A DNA stretch of 64,000 nt, from NCBI RefSeq assembly GCF_006345805.1, contig NC_042997.1, positions 134,478,001 through 134,542,000 of the forward strand, written 5' to 3'. Shown here piece by piece: positions 13,140 through 26,742 of this stretch. Within the stretch, counting starts at the first letter, position 1. Each line of letters begins with the position of its first letter. Both the position numbers and the translations under genes were made by a program. The notes below the pieces were generated by a model that saw only the letters and a list, made by a program, of their open reading frames with translations, did not search any database and was not told the origin of the DNA. Source of the stretch: Octopus sinensis (lineage: Eukaryota).

Positions 13140-13598
13140 TCATTAGAATAAGTATAATTATAATAAAGTGAGCATTTTATTGACAAAACTTTAACTACAA
13201 ACTACAAATAATAGTAAATATTTCTGTAATTATAATGAAATACTTTAGATAGAAATACTAGAAAAAAATAGAAAATAAAAAGCATAGAAAGATGTTACTC
13301 ATATTGGACAGTAGTTATTCGGGAAACCTGTGGAAATTGAGAGACATTATTAATCTAATTACATTGATGTCAATAACAATTAATGAATGACATCATTTGA
13401 GCCAATAGTTACGTATTCGTAAAGAGAAGTCTGCATGTTTACGCTTAAGTGGCGCTTGGACATCCTACTATATGTAAGTCTAGGATGTAAATATTTCCGT
13501 TGTGATTTGTTATTCTACCGTCGTTTTATGCCTTTAACCCCCGAACATTAGGCATGATGTTTCCTTGTGAGTAGTTTTCGGTGTGATATATATACATG

Positions 13599-13637
13599 TA
13601 TATAAACAAACACATGCATGCAGGCTAATATCATTCC
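13599..13637 (+). promoter_or_regulatory. Core promoter of IL17-a1 (TATA box plus initiator-like motif); duplicate near 32381-32419
   Basis: TATATAAA at 13599-13606, TCATTCC at 13631 (~30 nt downstream), ATG 132 nt after the TATA start. Confidence 0.6.
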
Positions 13638-13730
13638 AAATCTGTACTCCACTGCGGAACGAACACATCTCATTTGTAATATATCTTACTGTTGCCGTCT
13701 CTTTTTCTTTCCAAGTGAACTAACAACGCA

Positions 13731-15166
13731 ATGAAGATAACTAAGGTAAGTCAACTTAAATTAATATCAATTATCATATTATCTGTGTATGTGTGTATGT
13801 ACTTCTAAATACATTATTTCTTACATATATTCAGCAAATAAAGGCGGCGATGTAATCGACTTAATCCGTTTGTCTATCCTTGTTTGTCCCCTCTATGTTT
13901 AGCCCCTTGTGGGTAGTAAAGAAATATATATTCAGCAACTTAAATTTGGTGGTTCAACAAATCAGAAGTCGAAACTTGATATCCAGTTATTTTGATCTCA
14001 GAAAATCTTAATTTAAGTATGAGTATAGAATCGCGCCTCCAATATATATTGCACTGTTGTCCTTAAGAGTAATTATAAATTAATAACAATTTCTTAACAT
14101 TTACGTACATATAAACTTATTTCCAGAAGCTATTGTTGTGAAACACTCGCTCTAAACACAAGTAGTTTCAGATTTAGTCTAGCTGCGTGGCACACTGGGC
14201 TGGTGATTTCTACTGACCCAGGTAAGCTGACATCTGGTGAGCGAACTTAGTAGAGGGAAACTGTGAAGAATCTCGTCATATATATATATATATATTGTTT
14301 CTTATTAGGATTTTAATGCTCACTAAAATCATATATGAATAAAAATTCTTGAATGTGTTGTGTATTGTAAGCATGTTATTTAATTTATACATCATTTCAT
14401 TATATTTCACCGTTCATAATTTTCAGTGATGTCTAGTAGTAATTGTAAATATATCAAGCATATCATAAATAAGGTATTAACTATTTTCATTGACATCTGA
14501 TTCGATATTCTCTACAACTTTCTGCTTGTAAGAATTCAGTCTTTTGTATAAAATCTAGTTTTGGGGGGGATTAAAGGATGATAAATACATTACAAATACA
14601 TATTTATTTACGCTATTTGAGCTTAATTCTTCTTTCTCTTATAGATGCTCCCCCAGATTGTAATCTTCCCAGCCTTCAATGTCATCTTGTTCGTCGCCTC
14701 GGCGTCAATTCCAAGCCAATGTGAAATACCAACATCTCTGAAAGTTCATTTCGAGAGTCTGCCCAGAGCAGACATGGGTAATAATTTTTTTCTACCAGTG
14801 GAATTTCTTCGAGCCGAAAAGATCTTGACCCCACTAAGCGATGGAAATCAAACTAGTCCAGAATCTAATGATTCTTCCGGTAACATACGTGAAAGTTCAA
14901 CCTCTCCTTGGTACCTGAAAACTACCTATAATTCAACACTTTACTTTCCAACACATACTGAAGCTGTGTGTCCTTGCAATAATTGTCAGGACAGTAACCA
15001 CAATCATCATTGTGCTAAAATTTTTTCTAAAATAACTGTCCTCAAACGTACACGTGAATGTGTTGGTGAACTGTGTGTATATAAACCAATTGTAATTGAT
15101 GTAGCAACAGCTTGTGTATGTGCACGGAAAGTCAGATTCACAAATAAAGGAAATGAAAAACTATGA
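13731..15166 (+). CDS. IL17: IL-17-like cytokine, type a, copy 1 (exon 1 13731-13745, exon 2 14645-15166; 178 aa)
   Basis: ATGAAGATAACTAAG|GTAAGT and TTTCTCTTATAG|ATGCTC give a phase-0 intron and signal peptide MKITKMLPQIVIFPAFNVILFVASA. IL-17 cystine-knot motifs STSPWY, EAVCPC..C and ACVC. Confidence 0.88.
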
Positions 15167-15761
15167 GGAAAATGAACAATGCTCAAATGGAGAGTTATTC
15201 AAGATCGCTTAAGTAGAGGACTATATGCTTAGTATATTTTGTACACATACACACACGCACACACACGCACGCATGTATGCGCACACATACATACATGCAT
15301 GCATACGTACACACACATTATATATGAATATATAAAATTACCTAATTACATACACGTAACATATATGTACACAAAACACATGTATACATATACGTGCATA
15401 TATACATACATGCACACGCATACATACATAGAGGCATACATACATATATACATACATACATACATATACGTACACTCACTCGTATATTATACAATGTTAA
15501 ACCATTGTTTATAATGATTTCCCTCTCCTTAGATCCGATGCAATAGTAAGTACCAGTGATATACTACGACTGATTCAATCAAATATATTGTACTCGGTTA
15601 AATTTTTATCATCGTATCAGTGTATGAAACTATAATTATCCGGTGACTCAAGTTATTTGTCAGAACCACGGTAGGTTTCTTACATCGAGGTTTCCTACAT
15701 CGAGCTGATATGTCTGGTTGGTTCGTGTCACAAATCCTTTTTACTCTACTCAACTATATAA

Positions 15762-16020
15762 AATAAATAAATGCGCCCTTTTAATGCCTAGCCAGGCTCA
15801 TGGGCCCGCTTTCCCGGTTTCAATGGCGTATGTATTTCCCAGCTGGACGGGACGCCAGTCCATCGCAGCGTTACTCATTTTTGCCAGCTGAGTGGACTGG
15901 AGCAACATGAAATGATGTGTGTTGCTCAAGAACACAACGCGTCGCCCGGTCCAGGAATCGAAACCACAATCTTACGATCATGGTGCTAACACCCTAACCA
16001 CTAAGCCTCCACACTCAACC
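15762..16020 (-). mobile_element. tRNA-derived SINE, second family; copies at 34543-34800 and 54150-54435
   Basis: Minus-strand head with TGGTTAGGG...GGTTTCGATTCC and tail GGGCGCATTTATTTATTT. Confidence 0.75.
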
Positions 16021-16530
16021 ATATACGCATTCTTAAAATATGTGTTTTCTTCAAGACAAATTTTTTTCTACGTACGCTGGTTTATTTATGATCTAAACCC
16101 CTTTGTACCAACATACCTGTATCCGTCCGTATTTCTCTGATACAAATTTCTATCGAAATTTCATGTTCCAAAGTGCGGAAAATTATGATAGCCTTTTCTG
16201 AAGATCTTTTCATTATTTTCAGTATTGACACGCAGTCAATCAATTTCCACAGAAATATGCTAACCGAATTGTTAATATGATAACAAGTTTTAATTCGTGA
16301 ATATATAGGAGTGTCTTGAACTGCAACAAGATAGACTGTATATCCGATTTGGACCACCAAGAGTTGCAGTTAAGTTCTGATCTTTGTGGATCTTAAAATG
16401 TCTTTTGAGTCCTCCGTTACATTGACAGACCTTCTGGCATACATTGCATTGAAAGGTGTGCACCGACATTTAGGCAGAATATTTTTTTTTATTATACATA
16501 TCCTTAAAAGTATATAAATGTATATTTTTA

Positions 16531-16589
<59 letters not shown>

Positions 16590-17519
16590 TATATGTAAAT
16601 CTTATTTTATTTATATTCTTTAATTACAGATCTTTTACTTCTTATAAAAATATATATACATATATATTTATATATATAAAACACAACGCACGTGCATACA
16701 AGCACTCATACTTTTTACAATCGTATTCTCATTTTTTATAGCATGTTTATTTATATATATTTTTTATATATTTGAAATTCATATTTTGTTCATGGTAAAT
16801 ATTCACTTCTACTTCAATATTTATTTATTTCTTATGTAATATTAATTTTTTTTATTATTTATAACAATTTTGTATAGCCGAATGTCAATTGTAAATATAT
16901 CTAAATGCATTTTATATCTCTATCAGATGCTTTTTATAATTCGTGAAACAAGAAGAGATAGTTATAAATTTGTACTATATTGTAATTTAATTTATCATTA
17001 AATGCAGCTTTCTTTGTAACCAATAAAATACATTATTAAATCAAATCTTATTTCTTTGTATTTTCACTTCAGCATGTTTTTCTTGAACTTGTTATAGTAA
17101 TCTAAACTGTACCCTACTTAACTCGATGATTCGATTTAGTAATGGGCTACCAGATGTCTGAATGAATCCTTTTAACTCGTTTTATATATTTATATCATTA
17201 AGATTTTAAAATTTGTTTACATTGTTGGTGTAATAAATACATACATTTGGAAATTTTACCTCTCCTGTCCTAGAAACCTGTCCAAACGAAGTTAACCATC
17301 ATCTGATAACCGCAAAAATTATATTTATGTATAATCGTTTGTAGCGATTCTAAATATGTCGACACCTTGTTTAGGTGTGATATGATTTCACAAGGAGTAA
17401 TTCACCGGTAGAGATGAAAAAAAAATAATGGCGAGGAACAACGAAATCGATGAGTGTATGTAACCAAATAGATTTTAAGTATCCATTAACATAGGTTTAA
17501 AATATTTGCACATGTTCAG

Positions 17520-17780
17520 CAATGTCGGTATTAAATCGACCCCAGTGCTCAACGGGTACTTAACTTATCGATCCCAAAATGATGGAAGGCAAAGTTGACG
17601 CCTGTGGTATTTGAACTCAGAAAGTAAAGACGACGAAATGTCACTAAGTATCTTTGCCAGCGTGCTAATGACTCTGCCAGCTCACCATTCTAAATTTCAA
17701 TCATTGACACAGCTAGTAACATCGGGGGTAGGAGCTAAATCGATTAGATCGACCCCAGTGCTCAACCAGTATTTATTTAA
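17520..17780 (-). mobile_element. Degenerate SINE fragments (third family); copy at ~36300-36560
   Basis: ATCGACCCCAGTGC...AAGGCAAAGTTGAC...TTTGAACTCAG, the reverse complement of the element at 49745. Confidence 0.65.
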
Positions 17781-18181
17781 TCGACACCAAAAGGATGGAA
17801 GGCATTTTGGGGTTCATGAACTTTCAGTTGGCTGGTTTACCTAATCCGCGTACGTTGTCACGCCTGATAATTTAGTTCTCTCTATAGCACTATGATTCTC
17901 TATACAGGAAATTAGTTTAATTAAAATAAAGAATAGAGAATATCATTTTTTAAATTATTATTTACGCAGTCATTTAATTTCCTATATTTTTCGTCTACGT
18001 GACGTTTCCACCGCTATCAGGGCGCACCTTATAATACATTATGATGCTACAATCAATCAAGGGCTTCTTCGGGATATTTTGACCGTAGGCATCAAATATA
18101 AGAAGTTAAATGACTGCATAAATTATAGTAAAAAATTGGATATTCTCTATTGTGTTTTCCTTAAACTGATACATTATTGTA

Positions 18182-18279
<98 letters not shown>

Positions 18280-18505
18280 TGCGTGTGTGTAATGAATACA
18301 TGTATATATAATTTAGAGAAAAAAATTTTTTTAATCAATAAAGTACAATAAATAGTAAATAGTAGTATTTACTATATACTAGTTATTGTACTTTATTGAT
18401 TTTTAGAATAAGATTTTTTATAGTATGTTTTATATATGGTGTGAATAACATCTTTCTTTATTGAATTGTTTAATAGAGGTTTTCCTCTAAACTATATACA
18501 TGTAT

Positions 18506-18563
<58 letters not shown>

Positions 18564-18729
18564 ATGTATGATACAAGTCTTTGGTGTAGCAATTGCACGC
18601 GGCTGAAGAAGGCTTTTGAACTATTTGTTATGTCGATTATGCATTGATGTAAGAATAAGTTGTTCTATAAAGCCCGAAACATATGTACCGCAACATCCTT
18701 TGTGTCCTGTTTTTTATTTATTTCATTTG

Positions 18730-18772
<43 letters not shown>

Positions 18773-18933
18773 CGACGGGCTTCTTTCATTTCCTGTCTAC
18801 CAACTCCACTCACGACGCATTAGTCCGCCCAAGGCTATAGTAGAAGACACTTGCCCAAGTTGCCACGCAGTGGGACTGAACCCAGAACCATGTAGTTGGG
18901 AAGCACGTTTCTCACCATACAGCCACGCCTGCG

Positions 18934-18996
<63 letters not shown>

Positions 18997-19100
18997 TCAA
19001 ATATGAATTAGAATCAGTTAGAGGTATATGACCAAAATCGAACACTTATACACAAGATGTGTGTGTGTGTTGTTAGTTCGTAGGTTTGTATTTCGTTTTA

Positions 19101-19335
19101 GGTGTTAAAAACACCTGAAAGTAAGTCATAGGTAGGTCCCTTTTCCGGAGCAACATACATCGATGCGTATACGATTTTGCTTATATACTTCGAACATTAA
19201 ACAATATACAGTTAGGCGATTTGAGAATATATTCTCTAATCGCCTAACTGTATACGCAAAATCGTATACGCATCGATGTATGTTGCTCTGGAAAAGGGAC
19301 CTACCTATGACTTACTTTCAGGTGTTTTTAACACC
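19101..19335. repeat. 235-bp foldback/MITE-like element with nested inner hairpin; copy at 37856-38090
   Basis: ~80-bp arms (GGTGTTAAAAACACCTGAAAG...CGATTTTGC) with one mismatch, plus an inner stem TATACAGTTAGGCGATT / AATCGCCTAACTGTATA. Confidence 0.9.
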
Positions 19336-19394
19336 AGGCACATTCAGCTCTATTTATACAGCTGATGAGGAATATGTTGTCTTTTAGTGAACAA

Positions 19395-20189
19395 CTAGCA
19401 GCATAGCCCGGCGTTGCCCGGGTATGTAAGAAACTTTGTCGATAAGCAATGTCCTTTACCTTTTTACCCTTTTTTGTACTCATTGAACCATTATTTTGTA
19501 AAATGAAGCCTAAAAGGCATTAAGGCATTCAAGGCACCGTTTCCTTGCATGCATGAAGAAAATCTATGACAGTCAAAGTGCATTTTCTCGTTTTGCTTAG
19601 CACACCCAATCCAGTTCTTAAAATATCGCAGAAAAATCGGTTTGCTATATGATGTAATTAACCGATTTTTTCCAGTAATAACGTATCCTATTGGAATTAA
19701 AAGGGCCATATAGCTCCTTGGAGCAGACATGATGCTCGCTGTGAATTTCAAAAAAATTCCTGCCAATTTGTTAAAGATATTGTCGAAAATATGTCATCTT
19801 GAATTTGAACGCGATTTCCCAAAATGGCAGGATTTTATCGATTTTTTCTGATGGTAAGGTATTGCATGGAAAACTAACGTTAGAATTAAGTTCCTTAGGG
19901 TAACATTAAGTTTCCCCATCAGTTTGGTGAAAATCGATTGCAAGTTGCGAAAACTACAACGGAAAATGTGTTGCATAGGATAAGCTTAGATTCCCGACCC
20001 CATGTCGAATTTATCGATTTTTTCAGAACTGGGGAACTTTTCAAAATTTTCGATGAGTTAGTTTTGAATTATGACATTGGGCTATGTGTGTGTCAAGTTT
20101 CATCAGAATCGGTTCAAAGCGGTAGTCAGGGTGAGAGTACAACCTGATAGACACACAGACAGACAAACTGCCTTTTATGTATACAGAGA
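19395..20189 (-). mobile_element. Non-autonomous Helitron, 795 bp
   Basis: Minus strand A|TC ... CCCGG-GCAACG-CCGGG hairpin ... CTAG|T. Inserted at AT with no TSD; GACA repeats near the 5' end. Confidence 0.8.
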
Positions 20190-22087
20190 TTACTGCACAC
20201 TTCTGGCAACAGTAACACTTGTGTATGAAATTCGAAAATGGCGATTGATGAAAGTTAAAAATTTATCAATAAATACGTGATTCGCTTTTCATGCTGGCAC
20301 TGTGTTGTCTTTTCGAGCATGGTTGTTGTTTTCCTTTACATGATATTTATAGATCTTCTTACGACCCTTTCTAATGATTCTTTATATCTTAGTTGTAAAG
20401 GTAACACAGATGTACCAGAAAAGACCTGAACATCTTCACATTCACGAAAACCTCCTGCAAAAAAATAAGAAAGAAAATTTTCTTCTTTGAAACATAGAAG
20501 TGCAAATGAAGAGCAAAAATTCATCCTCTAATTATTTCCGACGGAAAGGAGTGTGGACAATATTTTACCAATGCAAACTGCGATCGTTTTTCAGTGTGAT
20601 ATATATTCCTAATATCTACACAGGTATTCTAAATATACTAGACAACAGTTACAGGACTGCATGGATATTCTACATATTGGAAAGTAAATAAAATTATTTT
20701 AAAAATACAAACTGACAGAACTAGCAACAGCATCTAGGCTATCTCCCAGTGAGATAATGAGCCTAGCAGTGCATAATTATCTTGACTTGTGAAAGAAAAT
20801 AAATAATGCTAGATGGTCCCGGTGTGCTCAAGATAAACTCCGGTGTTCTCTCATTAAGCACCCCCTCCAATGTTCTCTCAAAATGGTCCAATGTTTACTC
20901 TTTAAATATTCTCCAGACTCCTTTCGTTAAATGACTTCACCCCCCGGTGATCTCGTGTTAAACTTTCCCGCGGTGAACTCTAGTTAAACGTTCTTTGGTG
21001 TCATTTTTATTATTTATGGTTCAGGAGGTATAATGAGTGTTTCTTTCCTTAAAACACCGTGGAGGACATGACCAAGAATTTTCAAGCTCAACAGATGATG
21101 AACAACATACATAATATGAACAAAAATGTCCTAGATTAGCATGGGATGTATGCAGATCTAAAGTTTTCGTTGGAACAAAAATGCTGTAAATTTAAAGCAT
21201 CATATGTCCAAGCGATCTAACAATAGGCAGACCTTAAAAAAACAACAAAAATGGAGGCTTAAGAAAATTCGACAAAATGTGTGAATAAAATCTGTATCCC
21301 ACTGAAAACATAATGGGTTTCAGAGTAATGTGACCGACTAACGAGTGCAATATACACGTTTATCAGAACGTATTTCAAGATTCTAGGTAAAATATTTTCG
21401 AAAGACTCTCTCAAACCTGCGAATGACAGAGTATGATTGTCGAAGTGCTACAATGAGTTTATTAACAGACGAAAGAAAGTTAATATGAGAGCACACAAAG
21501 ACTTTACTAAGCCACTCAAATTAGTGAATGCTAACAGGTACCGTTAGGTGCTTCAGAACTCAGTAGTTGAGGATGCACATAATATTTTGTCTATATTGGA
21601 GAATATTTTCATATCTCCATTACTGAAATTATTCATTGTTTGACATAAAGTATATAGTTGCTAAGACCATGGTGGTGATGATTAAAAGTAGTGAATGATG
21701 GCATCATTGTCGGTGGAGTATATATGGTTAGTCTTCGTAGAATATCGGTACTCACAACTCTCTCACAGCATATCTTTTCTCGGCAGTTGTCGACTGGAAA
21801 TGCTAACTGCATCAGTCTCAAGAGGAACTCTTCCTGTATGACAATCGCCAGTCTTGGGACGCCTGTGAAGTTTATGGCACGCAGACTTATGAAAATAACG
21901 AACTTGCACTGCTCCACGCTTTACATTTGGAAACAAACACCCGTGCTAGATTATCTACATCCTCTTAATGTAGCTATGGAAAGAATCATAATTTTTCGTT
22001 TCTTGAAATTTCTCATCGTTCCAATAATAACCGTTCGAATTACTCTGACGATCTTGTCTTTTCGAAAACAATTTAAATATTTTAAAT

Positions 22088-22243
22088 GAGTGGCTGTGTG
22101 GTAAGTAGCTTGCGTACGAACTACATGGTTCCGGGTTCAGTCCCACTACGTGGCACCTTGGGCAAATGTATTCTACTATAGCTTCAGGCCGACCAAAGCT
22201 TTGTGAGTGGATTTGGTAGACGGAAACTGAAAGAAGCCCATCG

Positions 22244-22299
<56 letters not shown>

Positions 22300-22528
22300 T
22301 GTGTGTGTATGTCTTTGTATGTCCGTGTTTGTCTGTCCCCACCAACGTCGCTTGACAACCGATGCTGGTGTGTTTACGTCCCCGTAAATTAGCGGTTCGG
22401 CAAAGTGACCGATAGAATAAGTAGTAGGCTTACAAAGAATAAGTTCTGGGGTCGATGTGCTCGACTAAAGGCGGTGCTCCAGTATGGCCGCAGTCAAATG
22501 ACTGAAACAAGTAAAAAAAAAAAGAGTA
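22088..22528 (+). mobile_element. Composite SINE (only in unit A)
   Basis: Same family as 8854-9264. Confidence 0.85.
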
Positions 22529-23126
22529 TTTAAACCAAATTTAGACCTCTCTGATTACAATGAAAAAGGAGGCTCTATATGTATTAATATATTAACTGGT
22601 GACGTATTTTCGGTAGTTATGGTACAAGAAAAACTACGAAGCACATCAGAGATTATGTGTATTAATGATTCTTATATAATAATATATACTTCTAAACTTT
22701 TTCCTAGCAAATGTAGTCGCTGCTCCAAAATCGAAGATGATATTTTGATGAAAAAGAGTTGTAAATTGATATAACTTAAAATGGTTGTTCAACCATTATA
22801 TGGAGATAAAAATGTTTGTGTTTATAAATGGAAAGCTTAGCATGTGACATTTTTACTGCTAAAGAATATGTTTAAAGCTCACTCAACCCTAGGTGTCTGA
22901 TGGATGGTTATAACTGAACGCCTTTGTTTCTATTTCTGTTCCGTCATAACTACCATTGGGTTAAACATGAACGACGTAAACATTCACAACTTAAAAAATG
23001 ATTTGCCTCAGAATTGTACACTCCGTCACGCCCAAACACACACACACACACAAAAGCCACGCGCGCATGCTCATGAAAATGTAAATATACGGCAGAGAAA
23101 GATTAAAGAGTTATAATGTTTATATT

Positions 23127-23544
23127 ACTCTTTTACTTGTTTCAGTCATTTGACGGCGGCCGTGCTGGTGCACCGCCTTTAGTCGAGAAAATCGACCCCA
23201 AGACTTATTCTTTGTAAGCCTACTACTTATTCTATCGGTCTCTTTGCCGAACCGCTAATTTACGGGGACGTAAACACACCAGCATCGGTTGTCAAGCGAT
23301 GTTGGGGGGATAAACACAGACACACAAACATATACACACACATCCATCCATCCATATATATATATATATATACATATCCATATATACGATAGGCTTCTTT
23401 CAGTTTCCGTCTACCAAATCCACTCACAAGGCTTTGGTGGGCCCGAGGCAATAGTAGAAGACACTTGCCGAAGATTTTACACAGTGAGACTGAACCCGGA
23501 ACCATGTGGCTGGTAAGCAAGCTAATTACCATACAACCACTCCA
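23127..23544 (-). mobile_element. Composite SINE (only in unit A), inverted relative to 22088-22528
   Basis: Reverse complement of the 8854 family. Confidence 0.85.
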
Positions 23545-23795
23545 CTCCTATATTACAGTACAAACCGTAGCGACTGTGAACCGTACTGTATCCATTGTTT
23601 TTGGATATAAAGTTGAAACAAATAAACAAATTATAATAGATATTTCTTGCTTACTTTAGGTCCTCCCACTTTGTACAACACGAAACAGTCTTCTCACTTG
23701 TTAGTTCCATCTGTTACAAAGATCAATTAATTTATTCGCTTTACATTGTTTCATGTCATGTCGGATTACCTCTGCCTCTACTGGTTTTCAAGACT

Positions 23796-23803
23796 TATAT
23801 AAG
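23796..23803 (+). promoter_or_regulatory. TATA box of IL17-b1
   Basis: TATATAAG 136 nt before the ATG; the spacing is conserved across paralogues. Confidence 0.55.
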
Positions 23804-23931
23804 TAAATCTAGGACAGCTGATAACATTTGAAAAGGGTATCACTTTGAGGAACGAACCCCCTCGGGTTTCATTCGTAAAATATCGTATTGCTTTCCTCGA
23901 TTTTTCAATTTCCAACTGAACAATCAGTATA

Positions 23932-23994
23932 ATGAAGAAACTAGCAGTAAGTAAACTTAAGCTAATTACCTCATCTTATGCATTTCAGAATATG

Positions 23995-24043
<49 letters not shown>

Positions 24044-26742
24044 GTCATACGTACTCATGCGTTCTCATCAGATGCTTCCTCGACGTCATTTTGTCTAATT
24101 TCATACAGACGTACGGAGTATTCTTTTAAACCCTGTTTTAAAACACCATAGCCCACTCGAATAGGGAGTCGTTGCATACGTTGCCTCCTGTATCCCACGG
24201 TTGCAGGCCTGGCTGTGCAGTAAGAAGCTTACTCCTCAGCCACATAGTTCCGGGTTCAGACGGAAACTGAAAGAAGTTCGTAGTGTATAAATATGTACAA
24301 TATCTATGTGTGTATCTTTGTGTCTGTGTTCGTCCCCGCCATCGCTTGATAATCGGCGCAGCTGTGTTTATGTTCCCATAACTTGGCGGTTCAACATGCG
24401 AGTCCGATAGAATAAGTACGAGGCTAAAAATTACTGTCCTGGCGTCGATTTGTTCGACAAGTACTGCTCAGCTGTATGCCTCAGTATGGCTGAACATTTA
24501 AAAGATAAATAAAAAAAATGCCCAGTTGATGTTTAGAATCCTTTAGGATACTAGCAAATATTGTGTCAGGGCCTGCTGCTAAATCGAATTTAATTTAATT
24601 AATTATCGCAGTGATTTCAGTAGTGCTGAGCGTTATATCTGGGGGGATTTGTTAGGATTTACATAATCAATATGGCCTACTTCAATCTCACCGAAATCAC
24701 TTTAGATCAACCAGTATTGCTTCTGTAAAACTTCCAAAGATTGAGAAAAGAACCTTTTTAGAAAGTCGAAAGACACTAATTTTGGGAAGAGCTTTCACAA
24801 AATATGTGTAGGCTTGCTCTATAAATGTGCAAGCGCTTTCCGTTCTTAACGTTCCAAGCACTTCTAAAAAATGATATTTTCTTAATCTTAACTCTCTGAG
24901 AAAAACATCCTCTCTCCAAATATTATAACTGTATCAAGGAATTTTCAAAACACGCTAAATATACATGTTTATATATATATTTCAACAATTGAGGGCAAAA
25001 TAATTATTAATCAATTTCACCAAGTGTTCAGTATGCAAAGGGACCATTCAAGGCGAATTCAAATTATTACATTATATAAAAGGGCTTAGTAAAATAAATT
25101 ACTTTGCCGCATACTGAACTCATTAGAAATAGCAGCTAAAAAACTTTTAAAGCTATTTCTAATACTTAAAGAGAATCTCTCTCATATATAGTGTTTGCTT
25201 AATTCAACTCACAAAAGTTGGGGGTAAGGACATCGAACCCCCAAACTTTTGTGAGTTGAATTAAGCAAACACTATATATGAGAGAGATTCTCTTTAAGTA
25301 TTAGAAATAGCTTAAAAAAGTTTTTTAGCTGCTATTTCTAATGAGTTCAGTATGCGGCAAAGTAATTTATTTTACTAAGCCCTTTATATAATGTTTATAT
25401 ATATATATATCATATATATATATATACACACACCTGACAAGGAATTTTCAAAACACGCTAAATATGTACACCTGACTAATCACATAAATGTGAAACGAGG
25501 TGGGAACAATCAGTATCCGAATAACAGAGGTCGAGTGATATGGTTTATTATTAAAACTGCAAAAACGGCATTGTTATATTTTGTGATGTTATTGCAGATT
25601 TTTATAACACGCACACACACACACACACACACACATGCACACGCACACTTATACACACACACACACATAACAAATTTAGTCCCTCCTGGTGAATGTAGTT
25701 AGTAGGCTGAATCACACCTACTTGTCTTTGGGTTTATGTTTCTCTCCTACCTCCGTTTGACGACGGGTGTTACTTTGTTTTAGCTTGGTAACTTAGCAGT
25801 TCAACAAAATAAACTTACAAAATAAGTACCAGACTTAAACAAAATAAGTGAAAGTTGATTTGTTCGACTATAGCCCCCAAAGAGGGCTCAGTCCAATGAT
25901 TGAAACAAGTGAAAAATAAGAGATAATAAAAATCGGTTTCGTTTTCCCTTTCTACTTAGAACATATCCCGACTGCTTTACCAATGGACTCATAAAATATA
26001 TTTTAAATATATATTTGTGACATATCTTTTTTCTTTCTGAACTATTTAACTTACCATTGATCATTCATTGCATCCTCAGAGGCAAGTCTCTGTAATGTAG
26101 ACTCTCATAAAATGACTTATGTTTATAAACAACACATTCTTGTTAAGTCTTTTATTTTTCCTTTATCATGATATGGTGTGATATATTTCCTTATCATATG
26201 TATCTTTCGCACAGATTGCTGTCCAGATTGTAATTCTCCTTTTCAACTACAACTTTGATGTATCTGCAAAAAAAATGGTATGTAAAAAATGCGAGAATTT
26301 GTATTATGAACGTCTGTTTATGAAATCCATTGGCCACAATTTCTTTGTACCGCCTTCGATGGTTCCCAACGAATTCTGCGATCCACCAATTAATGCTGGA
26401 ATAAAAACCTGCTCGCGATTTCTCCCTACTAACATAATATCCAGCGAAAGATCAACCTGTCCTTGGTACACGACCATTATTCACGATCCGACAGTTTTCC
26501 CTTCCCGTCGAACTGAAGCAGTGTGTCGCTGTGATGTCTGCATGGACTCCACCCATAATACCGAATGTGTGACTGTGTTCGCTAAAATGACTTTCCTCAA
26601 ACGTTCAGATGAATGTATTGATGGACTGTATTTGTATACCCCATTGGTGATAAACGTGGCCGTTGCTTGCGCGTGCGCGTCGAAAATCGACCAGTTTGAT
26701 AATTCTTCGATGTATGATTATAGTTATGATACTGATTATTAA
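23932..26742 (+). CDS. IL17: IL-17-like cytokine, type b, copy 1 (exon 1 23932-23946, exon 2 26215-26742; 180 aa)
   Basis: ATGAAGAAACTAGCA|GTAAGT and TCTTTCGCACAG|ATTGCT, in frame with the 26275 ATG. Signal peptide MKKLAIAVQIVILLFNYNFDVSA; RSTCPWY, EAVCRC..C and ACAC motifs. Confidence 0.88.
24981..25393. mobile_element. Palindromic Penelope-like insertion in intron of IL17-b1 (absent from unit B)
   Basis: Near-perfect arms 25070-25225 and 25237-25393 with an 11-nt loop. Candidate target duplication ATGTTTATATATATAT. Sequence related to the 9288 repeat. Confidence 0.75.

Noticed and set aside
13321-13396. NF-kB-like GGGAAACCTG and CRE-like TGACATCA upstream of IL17-a
   Set aside because: Imperfect short matches expected by chance and not evidently conserved in the other promoters.
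17985-18035. Degenerate hammerhead-like motif CUGAUAG...GAAACGUCACGUA (minus strand)
   Set aside because: Core is mutated and stems I/II are poor; at most a relic.
23932-24129. 65-aa ORF MKKLAVSKLKL... (also 41488-41676) as a single-exon gene
   Set aside because: Read-through of the IL17-b micro-exon donor site into intron and a TACA repeat.
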